Shown in pieces: positions 37,511-50,899 of a stretch of 64,000 nt of DNA. The stretch's first letter is position 1. Each line of letters opens with the position of its first letter. The position numbers and the translations under genes are program-made. Under the pieces are notes generated by a model. The model ran no database searches. It was given only the letters and a program-made list of their open reading frames with translations, and had not been told where the DNA came from. Source of the DNA: Mytilus edulis (Eukaryota). The stretch is from contig NC_092345.1 in NCBI RefSeq assembly GCF_963676685.1, positions 38,998,001 to 39,062,000 on the forward strand. The letters are read 5' to 3'.

Positions 37511-38614
37511 AAAACATAGAAGAGTCACTTATTTTCCCTGCCATCACTAATTTTCCTGCCATCAATTGTGTCCAGTAACTCCGGCTTCCGTACTGTACTC
37601 TTACACTTTTCAGGAATTTTTGTATTATACTAGTTTTAATTACAGTTGGCAGGGATGTGTAAATACGCAGCCACGTTCAATTACTTACCCTTAGTTAAAT
37701 TTATTACTCATTTTTCTTATCATCAAATTACTATATATTTGGGATGTTTAAATACGCAGTCTCTGTTGCAATTGCTCTACCGTTGTCATATTTTGAATAT
37801 TATACCAGCTTAGGTCGGCCAGGACTGTTTAGTTGAACTGCATTTCCACACAGTTATTTTAACATTTCAACTGTCACCACCTTTGGAAATTTAGAGTTGT
37901 GCCAGTTCACATCGCAAATAACTATTTTTAAACGGTCGTGATACTACCGTGGTTCAATTCACAAGGGTTCTTAATCCTTGCATTTCACAAAAAAAACGTG
38001 ATTGATATTTAACAATAATTTAATTTTGGATGTAACCCGTCTTCTGATTGGATGACGTTGTTATGTTTATCAGCTAATAGACATAATTTTGTCATGTGAT
38101 CGTGACATCATCAACGTTTTTTCATGGTTTACTCTGGTTTAAAATGGATTTTAAAATTAAATTATAAGAAAAAGTGTGCACCACATTTTTGATGTTATTT
38201 CTTCGTAGACAGAAAAAATATTACATGTAGTCATTCCTTAAATAATATAACAAAGTTAATTACTATCATAATGCCAATTATTTTACACTGTTTTAGTAAG
38301 TCTCTGCGTGGTATGATAAATCTAGTAAAATGTACAGACTGTTATTACTAGATTTATTTCACTTGACTGGGCGGAGTTTAACCGGTTCGCTCATAATAAA
38401 CCAGTCCATCTATAGATGGGTGTTATGGGATAAACTCATTAATGAAGTGTCCAGTCATTGTTTTGTAAATTCTTTTGAAGACACTGATAGGGGATTAGAA
38501 ATCAGTAATAATTATAACGGCAATCATCCTTATCACACACATCTTCAAATAGACTGTCCTTATACAAAATAAAACGTAAGCTCCGCCCGATCAGTTGAAA
38601 TAAAATTGGTAATA

Positions 38615-40506
38615 AGCCCAGTCACACTGTCACGTTTCAGCTATCCCGTTTTGCTACGTTTTCAAAACGTAGTGTAACAGCAATACACAAAGGGAATCTT
38701 ATCAATCCGTACTTAAAACAGCTATATACGTAGCTACGCGTGGATTGATACGTGATCGGTCCCGTTTGTAATGGTCTGCACACTACGAACGTGACTAAAC
38801 GTAAAAACGTAGTAGAAACGTAAAACAACGCAGTAAAACAATAGGACGTAGAAATACGAAGTAGAAACGTACCCGATACGTATTAAAACGTATTTGATTC
38901 TAATCACTAGGTGTTATTACGGTTAAGTACGTATCTGCCATGTTTCATAAGGTTTTTGTACGGTATATTACGCTTCATGGTATGCAGTACTAGGTTTCAT
39001 GACGTTTTTCTAGGCATGACTACGTGTATTTGCGTATTACTACGCATGTTTATCTTCTTCTACGTGTAATCAAACCAGGTGTATCCATATTTCCGGCCAA
39101 TTGCTAAAATATTCTTCAATCTAAAAGCAAGATGAACAGACAAAAGATGGAATTGACAAATTGTGGATAATTGTTACAGTTATTTCAATAAACCGTTGTC
39201 AAATCTATCCCAGCACCCCGACTCCATAGATCTTAAGGTGTTTCGGTCATTTCCATCGCCAGGACCCCAAGCCATTGCATGGTGACACTTGTTAAAAAAT
39301 ACTATAATATTTTAAGGGACTTGACAACTCGTGATTTATTTGACTAATACATTTTTATACTTTTCTTTCTGTTTTTCATGTCTATCAATTTCACAAACAC
39401 AGTATAATTGCAACATGTTACTTGACCAGAGTACTGTGTCTTTCAAGTTTTTATGCCTAAGGAAAGCGAAAAAGAGGTCTTTTGATCAAATTTTTTTTTT
39501 CTTTTTCGTCATCTTTTAATTTATACTAGTGTTTTAAAATATTGTTCTTCGTGTGTGTTTTCTGTCTTGCAAACACTGGAGAATACCAAGGAAATCGATT
39601 TGGGTTTAACCATTAATGTGTCAATTCTTTGATGTACCGTCACTTCCTGCATAACAGTTTTAATTTATTTTTTTTAATATCCCTTTAATAAGGCGTTCAG
39701 AAAATATTGCATATTGTGTTTGCAAATCTACTGGAAGCTTTTCTCCATTACTTTTTGGAGTTATACTTTTCTCCCTCTCTGTATCTCTGTTTTTTATGAA
39801 TTTTAATAATTAATGACGCCGTTGCATAGGGTAATAATTTAATGTTGGATGTAACGCGTCTTCTGATTGACTGACGTTATTTTGTTATCAGCCCATAGAC
39901 ATAATTAAGTCATGTGACCGTGACGTCATCAACGTTTTTAATGGTTTTCTACGGTTTAAAATGGAATTCAGAATTAAATTATAAGAAATGACAGCAATAT
40001 TTTTTCTGTCTATTCGAAATAACATAATTAATTGTGGTGCACACTGTTAAATAACCCGCTACGCGAGTTATTCAATGTGCACCAAATTTCTTATGTTATT
40101 TCTTCATAGACAGACAAAGTATTACAGTCATTCCTTAAATAATCACATCGTAGTGACACGTAGTGACTGCGTAGAATAAACGTACAAAATCGTAGGAAAA
40201 CGTGCGGAAACGTTCATTAACCGCAGTGAACCGAATTAGAAACGTACTGACCCCTTGTAATACGTACTGAAACGTAGTACAACGTAGTTTATACGTAATA
40301 AAATGTATTAAAAACTTAATAGAACGTGTCCCGTGTATTTATCGAAAAACCGAACAAAACTTAACAATACGTAGACGACGTATAGAATTGTGACATAACT
40401 TAGTAAAACGTACAGACCGTTAAAAATTACAAAATAATATATGAAACGTAGTATTTCTTAGCGTACTAAAACCTAGCTGTCGAAACGTGACAGTGTGACT
40501 GGGGCT
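38615..40506. mobile_element. Harbinger-type MITE carrying a Penelope RT 3' fragment
   Basis: TIR AGCCC(C)AGTCACACTGTCACGTTT at both ends. Internal ~39100-39740 is the reverse complement of ~43200-43870. Confidence 0.75.
39832..40143 (+). mobile_element. ~310-bp non-autonomous Crypton-like repeat (other copies: 38014-38246, 59103-59413 minus, 63846-63980)
   Basis: Four copies in the window. No TIRs; AATA-type ends, CTGATTG near the left end, and a long subterminal hairpin (GGTGCACACTG..CAATGTGCACC). Confidence 0.55.
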
Positions 40507-40579
40507 TTAGAAATGCTACGTTTCATGTATTTTTTTGTCATTTTTAAACGGTCCGTACGTTTTACTAGGTTATGCTAGC

Positions 40580-42075
40580 TGAGAGTGTATATTTTCATCT
40601 ACTATTTCAATATACATTTTAAATCTAGACTATTGACAGTATTGTATTTAGTACTTGGGAATGTACATAATTTTCCCGATGATAACCCTTTTGCAAATCC
40701 CAATTTCTACAAACTAGATGACTTATGCAAGTTGTACAAACCAATCGCAATATAAATTTATGCATTCAGTTTGCTTTATAATCTGGGATTCTGCATGCAT
40801 TTACTTTATCTATCATATCTTTGAATTTTATTTCCTGCAAGGACCTTCATGTTCTCAACTCGTTATTGAAGTTGTCTGTACTCATGGTAGATGTTAATTG
40901 TATAGATAAATCTAAAGTCCAATTTCCATGTGCAATGAAACCTCTGGTATGTAACTGATTGGAACATCTTATAAAGAGATTTTTTTGGTCTCATAAAATA
41001 TCTCAAATTTTAAGGATTTCCTGATTTTACTTAAATTGATTCACATATTCCAAAGGGGAACTTGGTTTTGCCGAAGATTATCTTTATTCAGAAATTTTAT
41101 GAATACTTGTACATACCCTCAAAATAAACAATTTATATAAAAAGGTGTGTACTAGATAAAAAAAATAAATGGCTGGCCCGTGTTAAGAGAGAGCCATATC
41201 TCTTGCACGTTAAAGACACCCTTGTAGATTTCGAAAAAGAGTAGGCTAATGCCGCTACAAGGCAGCACTCGCACCCGCAAAGTGGAAAGGGATTAATATA
41301 AGTTGTAAAACTTGTTTCCCAATCCACTATAAATAAATATGTTTAAACTAAAAAAAGATACCAGAATTAAAATGATGTTCGCCAGACGCAAGTCTACAAA
41401 AACGCATCAGTGACACTCGAATGAAAAAAAAGTTAAAAGGCCAAATTTATTACAAAGTTAAGTAATCCCTAAAATTATTCCTCCTTAGATTTTCCAAAAG
41501 GTCAAAGTTTATTATAGGACTGTGACTCAAAAAAGAAACAGCTTAAAGTCAGCATACTTTAAGTAATGATGACCGTACATAAAAGTCACATGTCAATCTC
41601 TTACAGCCGTGTCCTAAATTTAAATAAGAAAAACGAAAATGCGCATTCCCGAGTGAAATAAGTACAATTTGAATTTTTGAGAACGCAAACCGATAGTTGC
41701 GTTTAAAATGTGATCTATAATGTGAATGAATCAAGACGTGTAGGATAGTTGGGCACCACAGTGAATACAATTTTCAAAACCGTACCATACGGTACAAATA
41801 TGTAGATGCTATATAATAAGGTTAAACTATTAAAACAAACAAACAAAAATAGGGTTGAAATTTTATAATAAACATACTATCCTGTCAGTAATTTTTTTTC
41901 CAGAAAATTTTGAATATATATTCATGTAGTATCAATAAACACAAACGTCAAGTATTTAAGAACAGACATTTTATTAATCAAGTGAATCTATATTTAAATT
42001 CTACCATTCCACTATATGAATAGATTACTATACAAAATATAAGCAAAGACTTATAAATCAATACTTCTACAGTAC
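40580..42075. repeat. Copy A of a triplicated segment (B inverted at 47273-49000; C at 56400-57898 continuing at 63192-63845)
   Basis: Shared blocks such as CTCAACTCGTTATTGAAGTTGTCTGTACTCATGGTAGAT, GAATACAATTTTCAAAACCGTACCATA and CATTCCACTATATGAATA. Confidence 0.75.
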
Positions 42076-42849
42076 AAAATAGTAGCAATCGGAGATCAGA
42101 CGGAGATCGGCGGAATATAACGACTGACATTATTCGGGTTAGTACTTAATTAAATTTTGTTATGATTATTGTAAATTATTACTGGAACTTTTATACTATT
42201 ATTATGTTTTTTTGTGAGCTGCAAGGATTTAAAATGTTTGTGATTTAAAAACACAGAAGTATTTTTATTCACGACCATTAAAAATTTAAATATTTTATGA
42301 ATTTATCTTACTTCCCGTTTTATGGATATGTTACAATACACACAAAAAAAATAACAATTAAGAATTGAATGCTTCTTTTTGTAACTTCATTGGGGGTGTA
42401 AAAGCGTTGACCAAAGTAAAAATGTGCGCACGGTCAACGCTTTTACATCCCTATGAAGTTACAAAAAGAATAAAACTGAGAATGGAAATGGGAATGTGTC
42501 AAAGAGACAACAACCCGACCATAGAACCGACAACAGCAGAAGGTCACCAAAAGGTCTTCAATTCAGCGAGAAATTCCCGCACCCGAAGGCCCCATAACAA
42601 ATATATATATACTAGTTCAGTGATAATGAACGCCATACTTAACTCCAAATTATACACAAGAAACTAAAATTGAAAATAATACAAGACTAGCAAAGGCCAG
42701 AGGCATTCGGGCGTGGCAGAGGCCGCAAATATAGTCCTTCGCCTGATAATGAATTTATGTTAAATGATAAAATTTTAATAAAAACTTCAACTGCAGTTCC
42801 AATAGGAAATAGTTTATCACCTGAAATAACCGATCTGAGAGTTTATGAA

Positions 42850-43546
42850 GTCTTAAGTTATTTTAAGGACTTTCCAACATAAACAGAAAATAACTAACCT
42901 CTATAGGTTTATTGGACGATGGCCATTTTATTTACAACGAAAATACAGATGATGAAATGCATTTTAGCACAATTGTTTGAACATGCTAACAGGAACCATG
43001 CACTATTAAAAATTACATTCGAGAAATCACAAACTAAAATGCAGTTTTTAGATGTGTAACCTTTGATCATGTGTTGGTATTCAAAGGCCAAAGATTTAGA
43101 GAAACAGCAAGATATTTCGGGAAGATCCTCGTGCCATTCATCCTCTACTTACAGAGGCATAATTAAAGAAGAAATGCTTTGCGTTGAGAGATGTACGAAT
43201 AATCCAGTAGATTTGCAAACACAATATGCGTTATTTTCTAAACGCCTTATCAAGAGGGGATATATAAAAAAATGAAATTAAAACTGTTATGCAGGAAGTG
43301 ACCGCAAAACAAAAAAATGATATATTAATGGTAAAACCCAAATTTGTATTACAGCCGTCTCCCTTGGTTTTCTCCACAGTGTTTTCAAGACAGAAAACAC
43401 ACACAAAGAACAATATTTTAAAACACTGCGATAAATTAAAAGATAACGAAGAGGCAAAACTTTTATTTGATAAAAGACCTCTTTTCTCTTACCGTAGGCA
43501 TAAAAACTTGAAAGACACAATGACATCTGTAACTCTGGGTAATTAA
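42850..43546 (+). pseudogene. Penelope-like RT C-terminal region ending without a GIY-YIG domain (Naiad-like architecture)
   Basis: RFI-D-G, QFLDV, RSSCH..YRGIIKEE, LIKRGY, FSYRRHKNLKD..*; frameshifted. Confidence 0.65.
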
Positions 43547-44014
43547 CATGTTGCAAATTATGAAAAAAAAAATCTATACTGTGTTAAATTGATAACAATA
43601 AGGGGGAAAAGAAAAAGAGTAAAGAAAAGTATAAGCCAAACAGATCACGAGGTATCGAGCCCCTTATATAAATTACAATATGTTTTAAATAAGTGTCACC
43701 ATGTAATGGCCTGGGCTCCTGTTTATTCTAATTGATCTTAATATATATATGTTCGAAATACCTTGTGATCTATGGAGTTGGGGTGCTGGGATAGGACTTG
43801 ACAATGAATTATTGAAATAACTGTGTAACAATAATCCATGATTTGTCAATTCCATCCTTTGTCTGTTAGACTGACAAAATATTGTAGCAAATAGTGGTAA
43901 ATGTAATACGCATCGATACGTAATAATGCCTAGAATAACGAAATGAAACCTAGTTAAGCGTACAATGGAGCGTAATAAAAAACTTATGAAACGTGGTAGA
44001 TATGTACTAAAACG

Positions 44015-46883
44015 TAATATTATTAATTCGTATATTTTAACTAATTTGATTCGTTTAGGGATAGTCACATGTTAAACTATATTTTCGAAGGTAGATAGAA
44101 AAACGGCGGATAGCAAAAAGTGTATTGACCAGCAAAAAGCATATTGTACGGTTATTTTTAAAAATTTAAAAACCAATATACTTAATGACGCATTCTCACA
44201 CACCCAATCAAATGCTTTTCTGTATTACTTCTGGTACAATCACAAAAAGCAGACGTTAAAGATAAATGGCCACAAAAAAAATATTCGCATCCCTCGATGA
44301 CGAAAATAGGGAAAATTTGTCATAAAACGTAGATTAAAAAACACAAAGAGGCAAACAAACACAGCTATTAATGGTTTTCGGGAATACTTAACAGAGAATA
44401 GCCTTCCCCTATATTTTGAATCTTACGATGATGCACAGTTTGACGACGTGTTAGCCAAATTTTACATGGAAATGCGCAACAAAGATGGAGAAATGTATAA
44501 AAAGTCGACCATGCAAATCTTATCGTCAAGGCTTGCAACATCACTTATCGAAAACAAGGGATATTGACATACTCAAAAGTGATAATTTCAAGAAGTCAAA
44601 AAAAGCATATCAATGTATGACAAAGGAGCTTAAAAGACTTGGTATGGCAGCTGTTGAGCACTGTCCAGCAATTGCCGATGCTGATATGGAAAAGATGTAC
44701 ATGTTTTCTATAAAGATTTGGAAAGTCCAAAAATGCTCCAGTACAAGGTATTTATAACAAATAATGAAATAGAGATATCTTACATTGTCATTTAGAATTT
44801 GTAAAAAATTTGTTAGAAAAGTATGAACAGGTGAATTTTATTAAACTTAAAATTAATAAAATGGACAAGTAAAACTAGGAATTGATCAAATTGACCTGTA
44901 ACCGGTAATTTTCTTGCGATATGTTTTATATACAAATTTGAAAATTACAATTTAAGTGTATATCACATTTATTTTATTGATGTTGATGTACATACAATAT
45001 CCTTTAATTTCAGGTATTTGTGGACATAATGATTCATTTCGGACGTAGAGTCAAGGAGAACCTGGCAACCTTGACAAGACAGGACTTCGCAGTACAGCCA
45101 GAACCAGAGGGTACACTTTAATTTATGTTTATAAAACCCATGATGAACTAACCAAAATCATCAGACAGATAGTGAAAAGTCATCCGATGGTAGGATGTAT
45201 GAAATCAAAGGTATAATAAATAGTAATGTCAAAATTAATATGAGGCGGGCAGTACCTGATGACCTCCAAAAGGTTTTTTTAAGATTTGTATATATCAGGA
45301 AATTATTCAAGTCTTGAAGATAAAGGCTGTCAATAAATCCAGGGGGAAACACTAATTTTGGGTGAATCTACCCTTATTGTCTTAGTCGGGGTGAGAAGTT
45401 TGGTTTATACTTCTAGTTGAATAAAAAAAAATCTTTTAAGTGCAGGTACACAACTCGCCATTTCTCCCATATTTATAAAATTACGTAAAAAGCTGATATC
45501 AAAAAAAGCGTTTTTAGTGATATTTGAACACTAGAAGCTGAAATAAAAAATGAAGAAAAATCTTGTCTTTACTCTCAAGTCCTACAAAAATGTATATATA
45601 TCATTTCTTACTTATTTTTCTGTTTCGATATATTATTTGCATATCTCATATTTGTTTCTCAATATAGACAATATTCTTTTTATTTTAATTTATTTGTCTT
45701 TTCAGGTAGTGACCGATGTCCAGTAAGGTCGTTTGTAAAATATATCCGCCGCCTGAATCCAAATTGTAATAAACTTTTTCAACAGCCAAAGTTAACAGCT
45801 AAAGATGGGAGACATTATGGCAACATTCCCCTTGGACACAACAAACTGGGTATTTATATGAACGAGATAAGCAAGGCAGCCAATCTGTTAAGAGAGTATA
45901 CCAACCATTCATGCAGGGCTACAACTGTCCTCATTTTAGATGAAGCACAAATTCCCAGTAGACACATAATGAGTGTCACTGGGCATAAACCAGAGGCATA
46001 TTTAAAGACATGTAGCGGTAAAACGTGTGAAAAAACACCCCAAAAAATGATGTCAGATACATTGAGTAAAAAAAACTATGCAAAACATCAAAAGTTACAA
46101 AACCGGCCACTTTGTCTTCAAATATTGATTATTTGTGTCTTTCACAAACTAGTGTGACCGTTGAAACTGAGGCAATATCAACTACCTCATTTGGCTCTTT
46201 CAATTTACAGCCATTGTCTGACTCCCAAACTCAAAACCTCATTAATGATATCATTCCTGAATTGGCAGCTGATGATCATGATGATAGTATGGATGATTTA
46301 TTGAAATACCTTGAAGTTCCAAGATGTATACCAAAACAGTCAAATTCAGTTGATGCTGCTAGTATTAACCAGAAAGCTATGTCAGTTCCAGTATTCAATA
46401 ACTGTTCAAATATTACTGTCAATTACAATTTTATTCAGAAGAATTAATGAAAAACAAAGTGTATCAGAAATTTATTCATTGCTAAATTGTTTAGTCTACT
46501 AAGAACAATAGTTAAATGTTTCAATTGTATTTGAATTGTTGGCATATTATTTATGAAAAAACGTTTAAATTTCATGATATTTTTTCTGTTGGAATAAATA
46601 ATCATCACAAATTTCGTTCAATATGGCCAAAACAAATATTACATCTTATAGGAAATTTCAAATATTTAGAAAAGAACAGATTTGGTAAACAAGTCAAAGA
46701 AACAATTAATATACTACCACCAAGATAAAATCTTTAAAAATACGGATTCTAATGCACTGACAATATTTGTGAATTAATAATATAACAATTGTAGCCTTTG
46801 TATGAGGTCGATACAGGATATATCGACCTTAAGAAGTATATATCCTTGCATCGACCTCATACAAAGGCTATAATTGTATAATA
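44015..46883 (+). mobile_element. Crypton DNA transposon (tyrosine recombinase, DUF3504 type)
   Basis: Bounded by direct TAATA repeats (44015-19, 46879-83). The flanks rejoin to match the uninterrupted paralogous MITE at ~38905-38950. A 100-bp terminal hairpin lies at 46781-46880. Confidence 0.85.
44266..46447 (+). pseudogene. Crypton recombinase gene, 3 exons (44266-44747, 45014-45210, 45706-46447), with stops and frameshifts
   Basis: LAKFYMEMRNKDGEMYKKST, LQYK|VFVDIMIHFGRR..ENL, DELTK, RMYE, G|SDRCPVRSFVKY..LNP..LFQQP, PLGHNKL, YTNHSCRAT, IMSVTGHK. Both GT-AG introns are in compatible phase. Confidence 0.88.
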
Positions 46884-47270
46884 ACACCTAGTGATTAGAA
46901 TCAAATACGTTTTAGTACGTATCAAGTACGTTTCTAATACGTACTTCTACGTTCCTTCTACGTTTTACTGGGCTTTTCTACGCTCCTACTACGTTTTTAT
47001 TTTTAGTCACGTTTGTATCGTGCAGACCAATACAAACGGGACGGATCACGTATCAATCCACATATTGCTACGTATATAGCCGTATTAAGTACTGATCGAT
47101 ACGATTCGCTACGTATATTGCGGTTTCGCTACGTTTTGAAAATGTAGCAAAACGGGATAGCCGAAACGTGACAGTGTGACTACAAAATGACAAAATGTTA
47201 CATGAAACGTAGCATAATTTCTTAACGTACTAAAACCTAGCTGTTTAAACGTGACAGCGTGACTGGGGCT
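46884..47270. mobile_element. Inverted second copy of the Harbinger MITE arm (continues at ~43200-44014) with a doubled terminus
   Basis: Reverse complement of 38620-38915. Two successive AAACGTGACAG(T/C)GTGACT termini at ~47164 and ~47247; ends GGGGCT|TAA. Confidence 0.7.
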
Positions 47271-48146
47271 TAACAGGAATGTATGTTTTATTAGTTTTTC
47301 CTATATAGCCTGTTTGTACTATGGTACGGTTTTGAAAATTGTATTCAATCAATTAATTATCATTGTGTTGACCAGCTATCCTACAAGTCTTGATTCATTT
47401 TCATTATACATCACCCTGTTCACATGCACGCACACTATCGGTTTGCGTTCACAAAAATTCCAACCGGATAAAATGTCAATAAATCCGTAGTCAAAACCCT
47501 TGAGGTAGTAGTTTGACATCCGAATTCAACTATTAGATTGATACATGTGATGACACAAATACATGTTCTTATCGAGAGTATTAGTGCGTATGATATAATT
47601 TACTATTTCTTGCGCAAAAATACCACTTTCATGTATAAATATTAATTTCTCACACGAACGCGAATTTTTGCTTTTCTTTTATAAATTCAGGACACGGCAG
47701 TAAGAGATTGACATGCGATATTAAGCGCGGTTATCATTGTTTATGGTAAATTGACCTCTAGCTGTTTCTCTTTTGTTTTGTTTTTTGAGTCACTGTCCTT
47801 TTAAAAACTTTGACATTTTCGAAATGCAAAAAAAATTCTAATGTATTTGTATCGCGTCTGGCGTGCAACATGTTTATCCTGGTATCTTTTAATTTTTACA
47901 TGTCTTTTTAAGTAAATTGGTTCCTTTTGAGAGTTTGTTCAGATATTCATAAAACTTCTGAAAATAAGATATTCTCCAAAACTAAGTTTCCCTGTAGAAT
48001 ATTTGGATTGGTTTAAGAAAATCAGGAAATCCTGGAAATCTGAGATGTTGTTTGTGACCAAAATAAGTCTTCATATAAGAGATACTAATGAAGCTGGTGT
48101 TTTCTACTTTCAAGAAATATATATATCACCTTATTACAAGTTGGAA

Positions 48147-48461
48147 GAGGGTATCACCAGCCCAGTAGTCATTACTTATGTGTTGACTTGAGTTATCATT
48201 GATATGTTCATATTAATAAATTAACTGTCAATAAAACTTTGAATTTTTGAAATACTAAGACTTTTCTACTTCAGGAATAGATTACCTTAGCTGTATTTGC
48301 AAAACTTTTAGGAATTTTTGGTCCTCATAGCTCTTCAACTTCGTACTTTATTCGGCTTTTTAAACATTTTTTTATTCGAGCGTCACTGAGTGATGAGTCT
48401 TTTTGTAGACGAAACGCGCGTCTGGCGTAAATATATAAAATTTTAATCCTGGTATCTATGA
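48147..48461 (+). ncRNA. Second retrozyme copy with hammerhead (4-nt duplication in the core)
   Basis: Aligns with 9148-9455; GCGTCA CTGAGTGATGA GTCT..AGAC GAAAC GCGC GTC TGGCGT. Older minus-strand remnants at 41357-41460 and 57436-57530. Confidence 0.8.
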
Positions 48462-50589
48462 GAATATGAATGCGTCCAGATTATAAAGCAAACTGAGTGA
48501 TTATGTTTATACTGCGATTGATTTGTGCAATTTACATTATACATCCGGTTTATAGAAACTGGGGTTTGCTTCGATTTAGGATTATAAAAAAATGATGTAC
48601 AATACCAAGTAATAAGTGAAATAAACGATCTTTAAAATGTATATTCAAATAGTAGCTGTATAAAATTAAATATTATTGACAACTATTCAACTATGCTTTT
48701 AACTGACAAGAATGTACACACTATTCTTTCAATTCAAAAGCAAACAAAAACTCAGCAACAATCTTTTGGTTTTCAGTAAGAGGTTCTAGGTTCACGTATT
48801 GCTTTTCTTTTTTTAAAGAAAGCAACTTGTTTTTGTTTGGGTCAGGAATATGGCAATTACAATACTTTGTCGCTATAAAAATGTCTTTTCAGTTTTTGGA
48901 AGCAAATTTTGATTCTCGATTTTTATAAATTCACCTTAAAAGATTAAAATATTTCTTATTTCGTCTTACGTGTAGCAACATAATTTATAAAAACTGACTT
49001 TCCATTTAATGTTTTGTTTCTTAAATTTTAGACTCTTAGGGTGATAACCTCATCCAACTTCATTATAATCTTTTTTTTTGCGTTGATCTCGTTTCCTTTT
49101 CACGGCTATTACTTTATTCTGTAGCTCAAGTTTATTGGTAAAAAACAAGTGGCTAAAAGCTGTATTGTTTTAACTGTCACCGTCCATTCGTTTTGTAGAT
49201 AATTTTTATTCATCATCAACAACGATAAATTGCTGATAAGCAAATAGCGCACAATTATGACGGACAGTTTCGTCAAATTATTTTGTAACAATTCTACAAG
49301 AACTATTAACTCATAGCATATTTATTAAGTAACATGTATTGCAAAAAAAAATGAGGATTAACGTAAAATTAACGAGTCTGGCTGTATATCAATTCTTAAG
49401 ATACGTTTTGCAGATGCTGTTTCCCTTTGTTATGATGAAAGTAACAGTATTAAAAGAAGGCTGTTGTCATAACAAAGTTATTGTATTCTAAAGGGAACAA
49501 AGAATTACACGAAAATGTGGTAAAAAGTTTTTTGGTTTTGTTTTGTTTTGTTTTTGTTTGTTTTTTTGCCATTTCGAAATCTGTTTAGACTTGTTTTTAC
49601 CAGTATCACTGCTTTTAAAGAACCTTTGTCTTGCTTGTGGACTAGTGGACAATCGATGAATCATATTCAAGAATCATTTGTATATCGTGCCATAGGCATT
49701 GCCAAAGGTATCTTATGCGAATTCGTATTTTGTAATGATGATACTTCTAAAAGGAAAAGATGCTGTTCGGTCCATAGCTAGCTCGAAATATTATAGATAA
49801 ATGTATTTATTATTTTGGTAAAAAAATGATGCATAAATATTTTAGAAAGTGATTTTATCAAACATTAATTTTCCTACAGTTACACCTCGGATAGGTCGAA
49901 AATTGATAATTTAGTGAAAGTTGACAAAATCATCTGAATTTCCTCCCCATTTTGAGGTTGTGGAAAAAAAAACTCGACAAAATAAATTTTCAAGTCAGAA
50001 AGGTTATTTTTTGTTATAAAAAAGGGTTTAAAAACAATCGTTGAAAAAATAGATTTTAGATAGTAAAAGTATGGGTCAACGTGCTATTTTCCAGGCTATG
50101 AGTCGTTGAAAATTGCCAAAATTATATTTAGATGGTTCATGAAAAAACACATTTGTGTGCATAAAAAAAATTCTATGAGACAGAATTTTTAAATAAATTG
50201 CAAGAAGATAGGTTTTTATAAAATGTTTTAAGAAAATAAAAAGAAAATATGGTGTCACCGAACTTGTTTTCTTGCTTCAAGTTTTCTTTATATAAATAAA
50301 CAATCTAACCATTCAATTGCAAATATGTCTCCAAATATGCAGATTTGGGCAAATGACTAGACCGATTTTGTACTGAGATTGTACAATCCAAGAGGTCGGT
50401 ATGCCATGAATCTATCTTAACACATGGCAAGAGTAAAATCTCTTTGTTCTTACTGTGCTATAATCTAGATAATGCACAGCAAAGGTGTGCATTAACTACC
50501 TCAGATATACCGCACAGTTCAAATCTATTTTTACCTTTAGGGGCGGTTCCCGGATTTTGAAAGGGGCGTTATTCTATCAACTTAAAAAA

Positions 50590-50899
50590 AACAAGAATGT
50601 GTCCATAGTACACGAATGCCCCACTCGCACTATCATTTTTTATGTTCAGTTGACCATGAAATTGGGGTCAAAACTATAATTTGGCAGTAAAATTAGAAAG
50701 ATGATATCATGGGGAACATGTGTACTAAGTTTCAAGTTGATTGGACTTCAACTTCTTCAAAAACTACCTTGACCAAAAACTTTAACCTGAAGCGGACGGA
50801 CGAACGGACGCACAGACAGACGGACGAACGGACGGACGGAAGAACGGAGGCACAGACCAGAAAACATAATGCCCCTCTACTATCGTAGGTGGGGCATAA
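50590..50899 (+). mobile_element. HINE/Helentron-type non-autonomous element
   Basis: AACAAG start, a single core repeat, (GACG/ACGG)n microsatellite at 50793-50850, and a terminal ATGCCCC...GGGGCAT palindrome. Confidence 0.8.

Noticed and set aside
43800-43846. ATGA..AAA..TGA hairpin as a SECIS element for the Naiad-like RT
   Set aside because: The helix is too short (7 bp) and ATGA is not conserved in the paralogous copy near 39190.
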